64,000 bases of DNA, taken from positions 56,358,001 through 56,422,000 of the forward strand of contig JAGIQG010000010.1 in NCBI GenBank assembly GCA_024679065.1, written 5' to 3'. The stretch is from Sphyrna mokarran (lineage: Eukaryota). A program made the translations under genes and the position numbers. Every line of letters begins with the position of its first letter. Position 1 is the stretch's first letter. Below are positions 23,049 to 37,369 of the stretch, piece after piece. Below the pieces are notes generated by a model. It was not told the origin of the DNA. It did no database searches and saw only the letters and a program-made list of their open reading frames with translations.

Positions 23049-24199
23049 AGGTGGAAATTCCAGACCCAGCTGTTTAATCAATAATGATCTATCAATTCTT
23101 TCAATAAGTGCCATCAGTCCATACTGAGACCTGAAAGGAATTTGCTAACACTTTAATGCTCTATGTTGGGTTGGAAAATCTAATTCTCAGAGATAAATTG
23201 AATTATATGTATCGATTCTGACTTTTTAAAATTCAATTTTGAACTCCCATCTCATTTTTTCTAGAAATTCCCATGGATCTTTACTTCAACATATTTTGTG
23301 CAAGTTATTTTTTTTAGTTGTAGGTTCATGATCTTTGGTCTGTTGCTCCATAGATTTACATTATTATTTCTCTATTTGTTTAATTTTAAATCAATTATAT
23401 TTCTTTCATTGAATTCTTTTGCAATTGCAACATGTTTTAATTTCTGAAACACCTCTAACTTGATGTTCTGCCTCACTTTATTCTAATTGCTTTTCATCAT
23501 TGCAGCTTCCTTAAATAAGAGTGACTTTACTCCATCAGCATTGATCCAGTTCGGAGCCTCTCTGTGTGCCTTCAATTAGTCGATTCTCTGCTTCATATGC
23601 AGCTCTGTCAACTGGTGGCTAAATTTTAAGATTTCAATACTCTTTCTAAAGGTAAGGTACATCTTTTGTGATACTTTTAACCCTTAGGTTTCATTGCAAG
23701 AGGTTCTAGAAATCCAAATATTAGCCTTTGTACATTTAATAAGAAGTTCAGAGGTTGATTGGAATTGTATTTAACGTGGCTTTCAAAGCAAGCAGAGAAG
23801 AAAACTTTCGTGGACATATTTAGACAGCAGAAATGTGGCTCTGTTTTGACTGCCTCAAACTGACATACATTTCTCCAATGTCATCTGAAATATACAACAT
23901 TCGTGGCAGTTGAAAGCAAGAGTGCACTGAATATATTTGGTGAGAATCAGAACACCAATCCTCCAGTAAATCCATCATCTTAAATGGAATTATATTTAAC
24001 TATGTTTATGATGAATGCAGAATTTAGGAAATCATAATTTTTCACTTTCCCTTTAATCAACTGACAATTCAAAAATAGCATAGCATAAGAAAATAACACA
24101 AAAGGGACAATTAATTCACATTGGATGTTGTAACTTAAGAATTCCTGCAATCAAAGTTTGAGTTGAAATTCAAGCACACAACTGCCCTATCACCAAGTC

Positions 24200-27156
24200 T
24201 TGGAAGAAAGTCCTTCAGTCAGCATTGCAGTAAAGCAGGCTAGGAAAAATGTCCTGTGGACAGTATTACAGTGAAGCAATCTGGGAAGCTACTGATTGTT
24301 AAATTGGAACTGATGGTTTCTATTGTGCTGTTAGATAGTATATTAAGAATAAAGATAAGGTATGTTGTTATGGAGTCAGCATCTGGATTAGAAGATCATC
24401 CTTAGTTTTATTAATATTCTTGAACTTGAAAATAGTAGGGGAGTGATCAAAGAGCAATTCGTTGCAGGACAGCTTGACCACTGGGATGTTCTTCCTGTGA
24501 TATGTGGGAAACCAAAACAATTTCCATTGTCCAAAATGAACATGACTGCAGAAAGTGTCTCAAGCTGCAACAACTAGAAGTCCATGTATTGGAGCTGGAG
24601 CAGTGGCTGGAGTCACCATGGAGCAGCAACTGTAATACATATTGATCCAATTCCTTCAATTTTTTAACAGAGATGATCTCTTTACAACACGTAATCAGAC
24701 GATAAGTTAAGAAGCAGGATCTCAAATGTTGTAATCTCCAGATTACTCCCAATGCCACACGCTAGTGACGACAGTTAGAATGAATACATGATTAGAGGAG
24801 TAGTGTACAAGGATGTTTTTCAGATTCCTGAGGCATTCGGAGGAGTTTTGGGCATGGTGTATCTCCCCAGTAGGATCGGGACCGATATCCTTAGAGGGAT
24901 ATTGACTAATGCTTTTGGGGAGGCTCCACATTAGTGTGACAGGGATATAGGTACCTAACAGGGAGTTAGAGGAGATGGAAACTTTGATTAAAAACAATAT
25001 GCAGAAAAATAAAGCAAAAGAGGAGAACATGGGAGTAAAAGACACAAAAGAAATAGTGGTTCTATTATGCCTAGAGATGGGGGCTTAGTGTTTAAAAAAG
25101 TGGTAGGAATACAAAATTAAGATTCTTGCACCTTAATGCATATAATACAAAAACGGCAAGTGACCAGACTGCATAAATAGAGTTAAGTCAATATGATCTG
25201 ATTGCCATTACTGGTTATAAAGTGATTAGTATTGGGGAGTCAATAATCATATTATTTGACTTTTAGGAAGAACAGGCAGGAAGGAAAAGGTGGTGGGGTA
25301 GTTCTGCTAGTACAAGAGGAAATGAGTACAGTTCTGAGGGATAATCTAGCTCAGAGGATATGGAATCAGTTAGGATGGAAGTGACAAATACCAAAGGAAA
25401 GAAGACAGTAGTAGAAGTATTATATAGGCTCCTGAAAAATAACCACACTGTAGGAAAGAGTTTAAATCAAAAAATAAAAAAAGCATGTCAAAAGCATTAA
25501 TTATGAGCAACTTTAATTTTCATATAGATTAGGCTAATCAAATTCAGAATGACACCTGAAAAAATGAATTTGTAGTGTATATTCAGCATGGTTTCTTAGA
25601 GTAATATGTCATGGATCCAACTAAATATCAGACTATTTTGAATCTGGTAATGTGTACTGAGTTAGGTTTAATAAATGAACTCAAGGTTAAGCATCCCTTA
25701 GGAAATAGTGATCATAGTGGAATAGAATTTAGTGTTCAGCTTGAATATGAGAAGAATGGGACTGAAATGTCAGCATTAAACTTAAAGAAGAGATTTGAAA
25801 GTTATTTGGATGGAATTGGCTAAAGTAGACTGATCATATAGATTAGTGGTAAGACAATAGATGAGCAGTGGCAAGCATTTAGGGAGATCATTCTTGAGTC
25901 CCAGCAAAAATATATTTCAATGAGGAGGAAAGATTCTAAAAAGGGGGGAAGAACCTATCATGAATAAGTCAAGAAAGTGAAGAAAGGTATTAAGTTGAAA
26001 GCAGAAACATATAAACTGGCAAAGATTAGTGGTAAGCCAGAAGGGTGAGATAGGTTCAGAATGCAGCAAAGATGGACTAAAAAAAAATTAGGAAAGAGAA
26101 AATAAACTGAGGGTAGGCTAGGAAAAGTATAAAAACAGACAATAAAATCTTTTTTAAGCAGATTAAAATAAAGAAAGAAGTTAAAAAAAATTGGTCCCCT
26201 AGACAAAGAAACTGGGAAAGTAATTATGGAGAGCAAGAAAATAGCAGAGGAGTTAAGTAGATACTTTGCATCTGTCTTCACTATAGCGGACACTACAAAC
26301 ATCCCAGAAAGATTACAACATGCGGAGTAGGAATTAAAAACAATCACCATCATTCAAAAATTAGTTTTATACAAACTAATGGAATTAAAGGCTGACAGGT
26401 CTCCCACGCCTCATAGTTTTCACTCCAGAACCTTAAAGGAGATAGCTACAGAGATCAAGGATGCATTGGTAGTCAGTTTCCAAAAATCCTTGGAGTCTGG
26501 AACTGTGCCAAAGGATTAGAAAAACAGTTAATGTGGTAACACTGTTCAGAAAGGGAAGGAGGCAAAATGCAGGCCAGTTAGTCTTTCAGTTATTGGAAAA
26601 ATATTAGAGTCGATTATTAAGAAGAGAATAGCAGTGCATTTAGGAAGTCACAATTTGATTAGGCAGGGTCAGCTTAGTTTCATAAAGAGGAAATCACATC
26701 TGACGAACTTACAAGAGCTCTTTAAGAAGTTGACAGCCAGAATGGATAGAGGAGAACCAGTCAATATTGTACATTTGGATTTTCAAAAGGCATTTGATAA
26801 GATGCCATGCAAGAAGCTACTACACAAGATGGAGCTCACGGTGTTGGAGGTAATAATCTGACATGAATAGAAGATTGGCTAGCAAACATGAAGCAGCAAG
26901 TAGAGATAAAATGGTATTTCTCAGTTTGGAGGGCAGCAACCAGTGCAGTGTCACAGGGATCAGTAATGGGGCACAGCTCTTCACTGTATATATTAAAAAT
27001 TTGGAGGAAGGAACAGAGTGTACTGTGCCAACTTTGCAGATGATGCAAAGGTAGGAGGGAAGGCAGTTTGTAAGGAGGACATAAATATTTTACAGAGAGA
27101 TATTGACACATTAGACAAATGGATAGAAAATTGACAAATGGAATTCAATGGAATTC
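24200..27156 (+). mobile_element. Long decayed CR1: ORF1 (Zn-finger/leucine zipper, esterase) and ORF2 (APE endonuclease, RT)
   Basis: AGQLDHWxCSSC..HDCRKCLKLQQLEVHVLELEQWLES; LGNSDHSGIEF; IVHLDFQKAFDKMP. Confidence 0.88.
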
Positions 27157-28107
27157 AACACTTCCTCCATGATCATCCTCAATACTGTGCTCCACAAGGC
27201 TATATTCTAAGCTTCTTCCTATACTCCTTCTACATGTATGAATGTGGGGCCAAATTCCCTTCCAATTCAATTTTCAAGTTTGCTGACAACACCACTATAG
27301 TGGGTTGGATCTCAAACAATGACAAGACAGAGTACAGGAATGAGATAGAGAATATGGTGAACTGGTGCGGCAATGATAATCTCTCCCTCAATGTCAACAA
27401 AATGAAAAAGATTGTCATCAACTTCAGGAAGCATAAATGAAAACATGTCTCCATTTACATCAAATGGGAACGAAGTAAAAATGTCGAGATCTTCAAATCT
27501 TTAGGTATCCAGATCATCAACAACCTGTCCTGGTCCCATCATGCCAACACTATAGTTAAGAAAGCCCATCAAGCCTCTACTTTCTCAGAAGACCAAGGAA
27601 ATTGACATGTCAGCTATAACTGCCACCATTTTTCACAGATGCACTATAGAAAGCATTCTTTCTGATTGTATCATAGCTTGGTTTGGCTCCTACACTGCCC
27701 AAGACCACAAAGAACTACAAAAGGTTGTAAATGTAGCCTAATCCATCATGCAAATCAGTCTCCCATTCATTTATTCGATCTACATTTCCTGCTGCTTCGG
27801 CAAAGCAGCCAACATAACTAAGGACCCTACTCACCCTGGACATTCTCTCTTCCACCTTCTTCAGAAGTCTGAAGTCACGAACCTTCAGATTCAGGAAGAG
27901 CTTCTTCCCTGTTGCAGTCAGATGTTTAAATAGACTTACCTTGCATGAAGTACATTTTTCTGTACACCGTAGCTATGACTGTACACTACACTACATTCTG
28001 TATTCTTTTGTTTCCTTTTCGGTGAATATTATGCCTTGTATAGTGTGCAAGAAGCAATATTTGTCACTGCATGTTGACATATTTGACATCAATAAACCAA
28101 ATCAAAT
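27157..28107 (+). mobile_element. Rex1/Babar LINE 3' fragment nested in CR1
   Basis: APQGYILS..SNSIFKFADNTTIVGWISNNDKTEYR..NLSLNVNKMK; aataaaccaaatcaaat tail. Confidence 0.85.
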
Positions 28108-28880
28108 TAATGTGGGAAATGTGAGATTGTTGATTTTGGAAGAAAGAATGAAAAGGCAAATTATTACTTAAATGGAGAGAAACTGCAGAAAACTGCAATA
28201 CAAAGGGACTTGGGGTCCTTATTCATGAAACATAGAAATCCAGCATACAGATGTACAAGGTAATAGGGTAGACAAATTGAATGCTGGCTTTTATTTCAAG
28301 TGAATTGGAATATTAAAAGATATCACTGCAGTTGTACAAGGTGAGGCCACATTTAGGATATTATGTGCAGATTTGGTCCCTTTATTTAAGGAAAGATAGA
28401 TAATTAGAGGCAGTACACAGGAGATTCACTAGAATTATCCTGTGTATGAAGAGGGTGCCATGTGAGGAAAGATTAAATAGGTTCTCAGTACTCCTGAGAA
28501 ATGATATGACTGAAACATATAAGAATGTTAAGGAGTTAGACAGAGTAAATCTTAGGTGGTTCCACTCATGGAAGAGCATAGGGCCAGACGCATAGTCACA
28601 AAATAAGGGCGTACTCATTTAAGATATAATTAAGGAAAATTTCTTTCTCTCAAAGAGTTGTGAATCCTTGGAATTCTCTACCCCCATAAGCTGCGGAGGC
28701 TGAGTCCTCGCACATTTTCAAGACTGGGATCAGTCGGCTTTTATTCAGTAGGTGAATTAAGGGTTACAGAGAGAAGACAGAAAAGTTGATTTAGTGGGTG
28801 TTAGATCAGTTGTGATCTTATTAAATGACAGAGCAGACTTGAAGGGCTGAATGGACTACCCCTGTTCCAATTTCTTATGG
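28108..28880 (+). mobile_element. 3' continuation of the CR1 at 24200-27156
   Basis: Resumes at NVGKC-like codons after WQMEF; ends in a CR1 3'UTR (ttcttatg). Confidence 0.85.
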
Positions 28881-29039
28881 ACTAATGACCAGGGAGTCAT
28901 TTATAACTGTGGCAGGGGTGAAAAACTGATAGGAACTAATTGGATGCTCATTATACAGCCCAGCCTATTAACTTTAATGAGAAGGCAAATTAACCAAGGT
29001 ATATAACAAGCATTCTGAGTGCTAACATGGAAATTTCAT

Positions 29040-29490
29040 GGGAATATAAGCACAAGAGAAAGCCATTCAGGCTGTTAAAACAGTTCAAACATTCAATTAA
29101 ATCATGCTTGATCAAAACCTCAACTCAATTTACTCACCTTTGCTCCACGTGATTTAAATCCAAATATCCAAAAATATCAATCTTAAAAATAAAATTGATC
29201 CTGCATCCATGGCTTTCTAAGGGTAGAGTAAGGTTTCTATTACCTTGGATGAAAAATATGTTACCTGATTTCACAACCAAATGTTCAAGTTTAAGATTGT
29301 TTCTTTTTGTTCTGGGTTTCTTCACCAAGGAAATGGTTTCTCTACATCTTCCATATCAAATTCTGAAAGGAACTTGATTAGATCACTTTTTGTACATTAA
29401 TACCATCCAGCTTATTGTTCCTTAGCCTCATAATTTAATGCTTTAAGAACTAATATCATTCTGATGAATTTGTGCTGTATCCTTTCAAAG
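29040..29490 (-). mobile_element. Old CR1 3' fragment
   Basis: Degenerate 3'UTR and RTKRNNLKL-like motif. Confidence 0.6.
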
Positions 29491-29499
29491 GCAAGTTAT

Positions 29500-30027
29500 G
29501 CTTCCTGGAGTTCTCACCAACTTTAACAGATGCACCGCAGAAATCATTCTTTCTGGTTAAATCAGAGCTTGTTATGGTTCTTGCTCTGCCCAAGATTGCC
29601 AAGAACTGCAAAGGGTTGTGAATGTAGCCCAATCCATCACGCAAACCAGCCTCTCATCCATTGACTCTGTCTATACTTCCCACTGCTTTGGCAAAGCAGC
29701 CAGCATAATTAAGGATCCCAAGCAACCCAGACATTCTCTCTTCCACTTTCTTCCGTCGGAAAAAAGATACAAAAGTCTGAGGTCACACGCAAGCTAACTC
29801 AAGAACAGCTTCTTCCTTGCTGTTGTCAGACTTTTGAATGGACTTACTTTGCATTAAGTTGATCCTTCTCTACACCCTAGCTATGATTGTAACACCACAT
29901 TCTGCAATCTCTCCTTTCCTTCTCCATGAATGGTATGCTTTGTCTATATTGTGCACAAGAAACAATACTTTTCACTGTATATTAATGTATGTGACAAGAA
30001 TAAATCAAATCAAATTAAATCAAAAAT
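29500..30027 (+). mobile_element. Rex1/Babar LINE 3' fragment (second copy)
   Basis: Aligns by eye to 27620-28107; (aaatc)n tail. Confidence 0.85.
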
Positions 30028-32199
30028 GATTGAATGAAATACTCTCAATCAAAATGTGTTCACCTGATGCATCATTTCCTCATGTTTAAATTCCAGCCAT
30101 CATGAGATAAAGGTTCATATTATATAAGCTTTTTTTGATAACCTCTGGTTCTTATATGCTAGCCTAATTTGAATTGTGTACGTAAACTCCTAAATTGCTT
30201 TTCTCTCCACCATTAAGGAAGTATTTTGTATTTGTCTTTGTTTTGCTTTAATCTGTAGATATACATTCCACTACTTGTCCCCTGACATTACATTTTCTGA
30301 TCTTGAGTCTACTATGCACTGCCTTTTTGAAGGCCCTTTGGAAATCCAAAAATTTGAGCCTACAGCATTATTCTTATTCATGCTTTCTGTTACTTCCTCA
30401 AAGATTTCAGAAGGTTGGTCAAACAATTACATTTCGATCTTTATTAACAGCAAGAATGTGGAAGGTTCGAGAAAATTCATCCCCTACTGTCTTAAAGTGA
30501 ATTGGACTAATTAATGTATTATAACATTTGGCAGTATATCTCCATGATACAGACTTAGGGAGTGCATTAATAGTTATTGATCCCTGCCCCGACTTTGGAA
30601 GTGCTAAACATTAAAAGCTCTTTTCTACATTTTTGAAAGATCAATAATATTCATCTGCTACAATTAAAATAATTAGTTTGATTTTTCTACTTTTAAAATG
30701 GAAATTTAACTGAGTTAAATGGAATATAATTACTCTCTATTTCTATGTTGTTCTCTCTGGCTCATGCATCAGTGTATTATAATGCTACATGTTGGAGCTG
30801 TAATTTAAATCCATTTAAAACAAAGGCAAATACACCTAGGAGATGGTTGGCACCTGTACAATTTCCTCTCATCTCCGTGACCTGTAATAAGTCTGAACAA
30901 GCTTGAAGGAATTGGAATCTTCCCTTTATATTGGCTGCAATAATCCTTTCTCATATTTCTTTTCTGGTTTCTAGTAGGTGTCATTTACAACACAATTCTT
31001 AATTCAGTGCCAATTAGCAGTAATTGGCAGACTCAGGCAAACATGGTTTAAAGGTCGCTGGTGTGCATGGTGAAAATATTAAACTCGTGCAGTAGCATGT
31101 TGTGCAATTGTAATGCAAAGGGAACTCTGCAGCTCGAGGGGAACTCGCATGCAGGAGAAAATATCAAAGTCTAGCAACAAAAAGAAATGGAGCATATATT
31201 CTATTTTTCGAGCTTAAAGGGCCAGTTTCATCAATAATGGTTTCTCTTCAATATTTAATGCCAATTTGTCCTAGCAAGAAAAAGTTTGTTGGCAATGCTC
31301 CCCATTACGTATTAGTTCATTGTCAATATTAAAAGTTGTTTAGTAATTGTAATTAGGAAATAAAATTTCCCCGATTAAATTTTCCTAAATGATCAAACAT
31401 AAAGAACGGTTATTTCAGAATAATTATTACCACTGATTTATGCAATTGAAAAGTATTCACTGGGAAGTGTTTGACCATTTTAGAGGGTCAATTTTCTTCA
31501 ATTTTCTCAGAATATTTTACTTGTCAATAATTTTGATACCTTGACAGTGAATGTGCCACGATATGATCTCTCAGTAAGGACATTATTGTGTATTAATTGA
31601 ATGGAGCATGCCTTTCCCTTATTGTGTACCAGATATCTATCCATGAATGGAAATATTTTGTACATCTGTGATTTTGTTATTCTAAATGTGGAATGAAAGA
31701 AATAGCATTGACACTGGTTTTCACCAACTCTTCCTCTCTGTCCTCCACTTCTTGAAGATCTGAAGTATTCATTGTTGAAAATGTTTGCCCTCTTCTGCCA
31801 GATTTCCTGAAGGATAGTTGTCCCAATTCCAGATCTTAACAATCCTCTTTGCAAACAAAAACTTCTAATTCCTCCTCCCATTTTTATTCCAATTATTTTA
31901 GACGTGTTAGTGATGCTATGTTATAGAGAAAGTCTGAGTTGCTGTGGTAACATGCAGGGTATAATCTGGAGCTATGGATAGTGATGGTGGAGGCTCCAAC
32001 TTTCTTTCCATCACACGGATGACCAGAAATCTCTCCTGCTCTTGCTGCCTGCTATTGGAAGAATTTGCTGGTTGATATCAAGTTGTTTGGTAACATTATG
32101 AACACAGTTTCCATGGCTATCAAGTTCTGATGGGGTGGCTCAAACCTGAAATTTCAGACTCAGAGACAGGAATTTATAATCTTTAGATTTTGGTGTAGT

Positions 32200-34700
32200 T
32201 GCCAGAGGAAAGAATTTCTACTACAAAACCTCTTAATCTTCTCTCCTCTAAAAAGAACAATCTTAGCTTTCCCAGTCTCTATATAACTAGCCAATCTCCT
32301 GCACACTTTTTTCAATGATTTAGCATGATTTTACTGCTTTCAAATTCTCAATTTAGAGAGCCAAATATCTCATATTCTTTCCTAACTATCTCATCAACTT
32401 GTCTTATCACCTTCAAAGATTTGTGTAAAGACATTTTCAAGTCCATCTGCCCATCAAATCCTCCCATTCAAGTTATCCTGTCTCTCCATGTTGTGCAGTG
32501 TTCCGCACTTATCCCTATCATATTACACTTACCATATGTCTCATATATGTCTTATATACTTATGAGCCACATAATGTTACGAAGAACTTAAGAACATCAG
32601 AAATATAAGCGAGCATAGACCAGATAACCCATTGATCCTACTCCATCATACAATAAGATCATGGTGAATTTCTACACTAATTCTATTTTCCCATACAATT
32701 TTTATATCCATTGCTTGTCCTAGTACCCAAAAATCTATCAATATCTCTCTTGAAAAATCTTCATTAAATGAGAATTCCCTATCTCTGAAGTACAGAATAC
32801 CAAAGGTTCACAATTCTTTGACTAAGGATATCTCTCCTTAACTCAATCCTAAAAACCCAGCCCCAACACCTTGTGCTGAGACCATAAACCGATCGTGAGC
32901 AACCTGCAGCCTGGGAGCCACATGCGGCTCACTTGAGTTCTGAGTGCATTTTGTCACGAGACATTTGGTTGGCCATTGCCCACACACAGGATTGCCTTCT
33001 TCCGTTCGTTTCCATCCATATAGTTATTTCCATAGCAGTATGACTGAAGTGATATCCACATAAAGCAAGGGGCAAGAAAAGTGAGATGCATACAAATTAC
33101 ACACAACATTGACTGTGAGAGCTTTGCATCCCTCTGTATGAAGAAGTATGAATATTTCTTATGTTTCTACTATTTGAAGTCAATAGTTGTATTAATAACT
33201 AAGTTTTATCTATAACGCATTATTAAATATTTGGCATGGATTAAATGTATTTAATCTTATTCATGAAGTCATTAGTGAAAAGGTCTGGTTTCAATTCTAT
33301 GGCCCACTCAGATGAAGGAGGACCATTCATGTCACCCACTAATTAACCTAGGTTGCCCATCTCTGATGCAAACTCTCTCCAACCAGGAAAAGCAGTATCG
33401 CTTAGCCAAAACTTTTAATAACTTCATATGTTTCAATGTAACCATCCCTCATTCTTCTAAATTCCAGAGAAAATAGGTTCATTCTTAATTTCTTTTAATA
33501 CAATAGCCCTCTCATTTTAGGATTCTATAAATTGGACATTTGTTGTACCTATTCTCAGGCCAGCATACCCCTTTTAAGGAAAGAAGACCAAAGCTGTACA
33601 CATTGACCCATAACTGCCTGGTTCTACAGTATCACATTTAGAGGGCATTCCAGTGATGCTCTAGGGAATTCTTCTTGGAAGTTCTTTGTAAGGATTTATA
33701 CGACTATCGTCCAGAAGCACTAACCTCCCCGAACATTAGTGCTGCACTGAAAACTACTGAAAGGAGCGATTTAAATCACTAACTTCAATTAGTTCTGCTA
33801 ACTTGCCTAGTTAGTTATTCTGAAATTGGAATTTCAATGAGGGTAAATCACCTTGAATGGTAATCTGTTGGAGATTGCCATTCTGAGGAATTTAAGGATC
33901 ATTACTTCAGGTATAGTCTTACTATAACCCTGCATAATCGCAAAATGACTTCCTTAATCTCTTTTACAATCTCCTTGCATTAAATGCTAATATACTATAT
34001 ACCTCCTGAATTGCTCGCAGTATCTTCATGTTAACTTTTAAAAGATTCTCTGCTTTTCCATTGTTCCTATCAAAGTTAATAACCTCCCTATATTACAATC
34101 TATCTGTGACCTCCTTAGAACCACAGAGTCACAGTGTTTTACAGCACAGCAAGAGGCCCATTGGTCCTTCATGTTTGTGCCTGCCATTGAGCACTTATCC
34201 AATCCTGTTTTCTAGTACTTGGTCCATAGCCTTGTATGCAATGGGAATTCATTGCTCCTTCTCCATTTGCATATGATCTAAATCCTTTTTCAGTCTCTTT
34301 CTGACCTTCTCTGGGATAACTTTCCAACCTACCTCTTTACCATTAGTAAACCTGGCATGGGTTTTACATGGCTGTAACCCAGGCACTTATTGCTGTGACA
34401 CCCTGCCATCCTAAATTGCCCTTTTAGAACATAAAAAAATCAGAAGTAGTGACAGGAGTATATGAAACAGTCCAAAGAATCCTGTTCCACTCTTTCCTAT
34501 GTTTATGAAACCTCTGCTTTCTCAATTGCACTATCCCAATTGCTGTCCATGGCTCTGATTCCCTGAGTGGTCAAAAAGCTGTCTGTCAGCTCTGAGTTAA
34601 TTCAATAATGGGATATCTACAGGCCTTTGAAGTAGCAAATTCTAGAGGTTTATACCCATTTGAGTGAAAAACATTTCTCTTCATCTCAGTCATAAATGAG
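32200..34700 (-). mobile_element. Cluster of old CR1 3' fragments (approx. 32200-32870, 33360-34090, 34097-34700)
   Basis: Several CR1 tails (taagaacat, tagaacataa) and ORF2 C-terminal remnants. Confidence 0.6.
33604..33901. mobile_element. Short Harbinger-type MITE, related to 50297-51367
   Basis: Ends tgacccataactgcct / aggaatttaaggatca; internal similarity to the reverse of 51165-51367. Confidence 0.55.
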
Positions 34701-34734
34701 GCAATTATTGAGGCACTCATCTGCCACCTTCCCC

Positions 34735-36970
34735 ATCAGCACACCTGCAAGTTCTCACTTGCTTTCCTCTCAATGCTAACACAGGTGCACACGGAAGATT
34801 GGGAAATGCCAGATATCTCCGCTTGGGATCTGGAAAGAATGGGCTGCATGGAAATTTAGAGCAGCCATCAATTTGACAGCCATCGAAAGTGGGTGTCTCC
34901 CTCGCCTCTCAGGTTGCACAGGTATTGCAGGTCTCCTTTCAGAGTCAGAGACACACGGGTGGCCCACAATGTCCCACATCTATTTGAAGGACATTCATAC
35001 ATGGAACTGATGGGGTCTCTGTTCTCTCCTTCTCCTACTCTGGGAGGCGAAAGAGGCGATTGCAGGCGATTGATCTTCAGGTCATCGTTGGTTACAGGTA
35101 TAGTGCCGGAAGACTGGAGGATAGCGAATGTGGTCCCATTGTTCAAGAAGGGGAATAGAGACTTTCCTGGGAATTATAGACCGGTGAGTCTTACTTCTGT
35201 TGTGGGCAAAGTATTGGAAAGAATTATTAGGGATAGGATTTCTAGTTATTTAGAGAGAAACGAATTGATTGGGGATAGTCAGCATGGTTTTGTGAAGGGT
35301 AGGTCGTGCCTTACTAACCTTATTGAGTTTTTTGAAAACGTGACCAAAGAGGTGGATGGGGGTAAGGCAGTTGATGTGGTATATATGGACTTTAGTAAGG
35401 CGTTCGATAAGGTGGCCCATGGAAGGCTTCTGCAGAAAATGCAGATGTATGGGATTGAGGGTGATTTAGCTAAGTGGATTAGGAATTGGCTAGCAGATAG
35501 AAGACAGAGGGTGGTGGTTGATGGGAGATATTCATCGTGGAGTTCGGTTACTAGTGGTGTACCTCAGGGATCTGTTTTGGGGCCCCTGCTGTTGTAATTT
35601 TTATAAATGATCTGGATGAGGGTATTGAAGGATGGATTAGTAAATTTGCGGATGACACCAAAGTCGGAGGAGTTGTAGATAGTGAAGAGGGGTGTTATAG
35701 TTTGCAGAGAGACTTGGACAAGTTGCAGAGCTGGGCCGAGAGGTGGCAAATGGAGTTTAATGCGGAAAAGTGTGAGGTAATTCACTTTGGCAGGAATAAC
35801 AAATGTGTAAAGTATAGGGCTAATGGTAGGATTCTTAAAAGTGTTGAAGAACAGAGGGATCTTGGTGTATATGTGCATAGATCCCTGAAAGTTGGCAATC
35901 AAGTCGATAAGGTTGTTAAGAAGGCATATGGAGTCTTAGCTTTTATTGGTAGGGGATTGAATTTCGGAGCCGCAACGTCATGTTGCAACTGTACAAAACT
36001 CTAGTGCGGCCGCACTTGGATTATTGTGTACAGTTCTGGTCCCCGCATTATAAGAAAGATGTGGAGGCATTGGAGAGGGTACAGAGGAGGTTTACCAGGA
36101 TGTTGCCTGGTGTGGAAGGCAGGTCTTATGAAGAGAGGCTGAGGGGTTTGAGGTTGTTTTCGTTAGAAAGAAGGCGGCTAAGAGGAGACCTTATTGAAAC
36201 ATATAAGATGATTAGAGGTTTAAATAGGGTGGACAGTGATAGCCTTTTTCCTAGGATGGAGAAAGCTAGCACGAGGGGACATAGCTTTAAATTAGGGGGT
36301 GGTAGTTATAGGACGGATGTCAGAGGTAGGTTCTTTACCCAGAGGGTGGTAAGGGTATGGAATGCCCTGCCTGCTGCAGTTGTAGATGCGCCAAGTTTGG
36401 TGCGTTTAAGAGGTTAGTAGATAAGTTTATGGATGAAAAGGGAATGGTTTAGGTTAGAGGGTCATTGCTTTTTCTTAATTGGTCGGCGCAACATCGAAGG
36501 CCGAAGGGCCTGTTCTGCGCTGTAGTGTTCTATGTTCTATGATCTATGTTCTACTCTGGTTGAATGGCAGGTACCTTCTGTCTTTGGTGGTTGTCTCCCT
36601 CTGGTCCTGGAAGTGGTAAGACCTGGGCCTCCTGTACTCGCAATTCTTCGTCTTGCTCCTCCTCCTCAGCTCCAGCAGCAACCAAAAGAATACTAGATCT
36701 ATTGGTTGCATAGGAAAAGCCATGTTGTCACACTGAAGGGGAGGGGTGGGAGGAAGGGCGATGAAAAGAAACACATGTAGAGGTTAAGGATTGCTGCCTG
36801 CCCCTAGAACATCAGCAGTCACTGTCCAAATCCACCAATTCCCCCAACCACATGCTCCTTACAATCACAGATCTAATCTCCCACCCCCCAGTTCCCCAGC
36901 CACATACTCGCCTCATGCCCAACTTTACCAAGCCTGAAAATGGGCGCAACTTGATGATAAAATCAGACCC
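34735..36970 (-). mobile_element. Second Harbinger element fragment (transposase N-terminus) split by a young CR1
   Basis: Minus strand 34776-35060: RPHQFHV*MSF..GRHPLSMAVKLMAALNFHAAHSFQIPSGDI; TIR gggtctgattttatc ending at 36970. Confidence 0.75.
35077..36553 (+). mobile_element. Young 5'-truncated CR1/HER1 LINE; RT nearly intact with two 1-bp frameshifts
   Basis: GIVPEDWRIANVVPLFKKG..YMDFSKAFDKV..GVPQGSVLGP..KFADDTK..WQMEFNAEKC..FFTQRVV; (ttctatg)n tail. Confidence 0.97.
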
Positions 36971-37369
36971 ATTGTCTGAGGACGCAGTTGCAGTTGGATG
37001 GATATGGCACTTAAAGAGGAATTTACTGACTTAATGTTTAAATAATGTTTTGAATACTAAAAGTAAATGCAAGATAAACTAATTCATCTATGTATAAACA
37101 TAAAGCATAAATGTAGTTAAAAGTAATGAAATATTCAGTATTTGTGATTTTTTTTATTTTGTAGTGAGGTCAAGCAGACACAGTGATGGACAGTAACAGA
37201 GAGAAGATAAAGTTTTGATTGGTGGCAATTGGTGTTGTGGGGAATGGTATTAGGTAAGGCAATTATTGAAATCCCTGCTAGACAGGGCTGTCTGCTTCCT
37301 TCATATTTTTCTTCCTTCTTCTCCTCCTCATGATCCTACACCTGAACTGCAGCAGCATACAGTTCTTTG

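Noticed and set aside
34893-35597. 234-aa ORF as a novel chimeric gene
   Set aside because: Chance read-through from antisense Harbinger sequence into CR1 RT; it ends at a frameshift.
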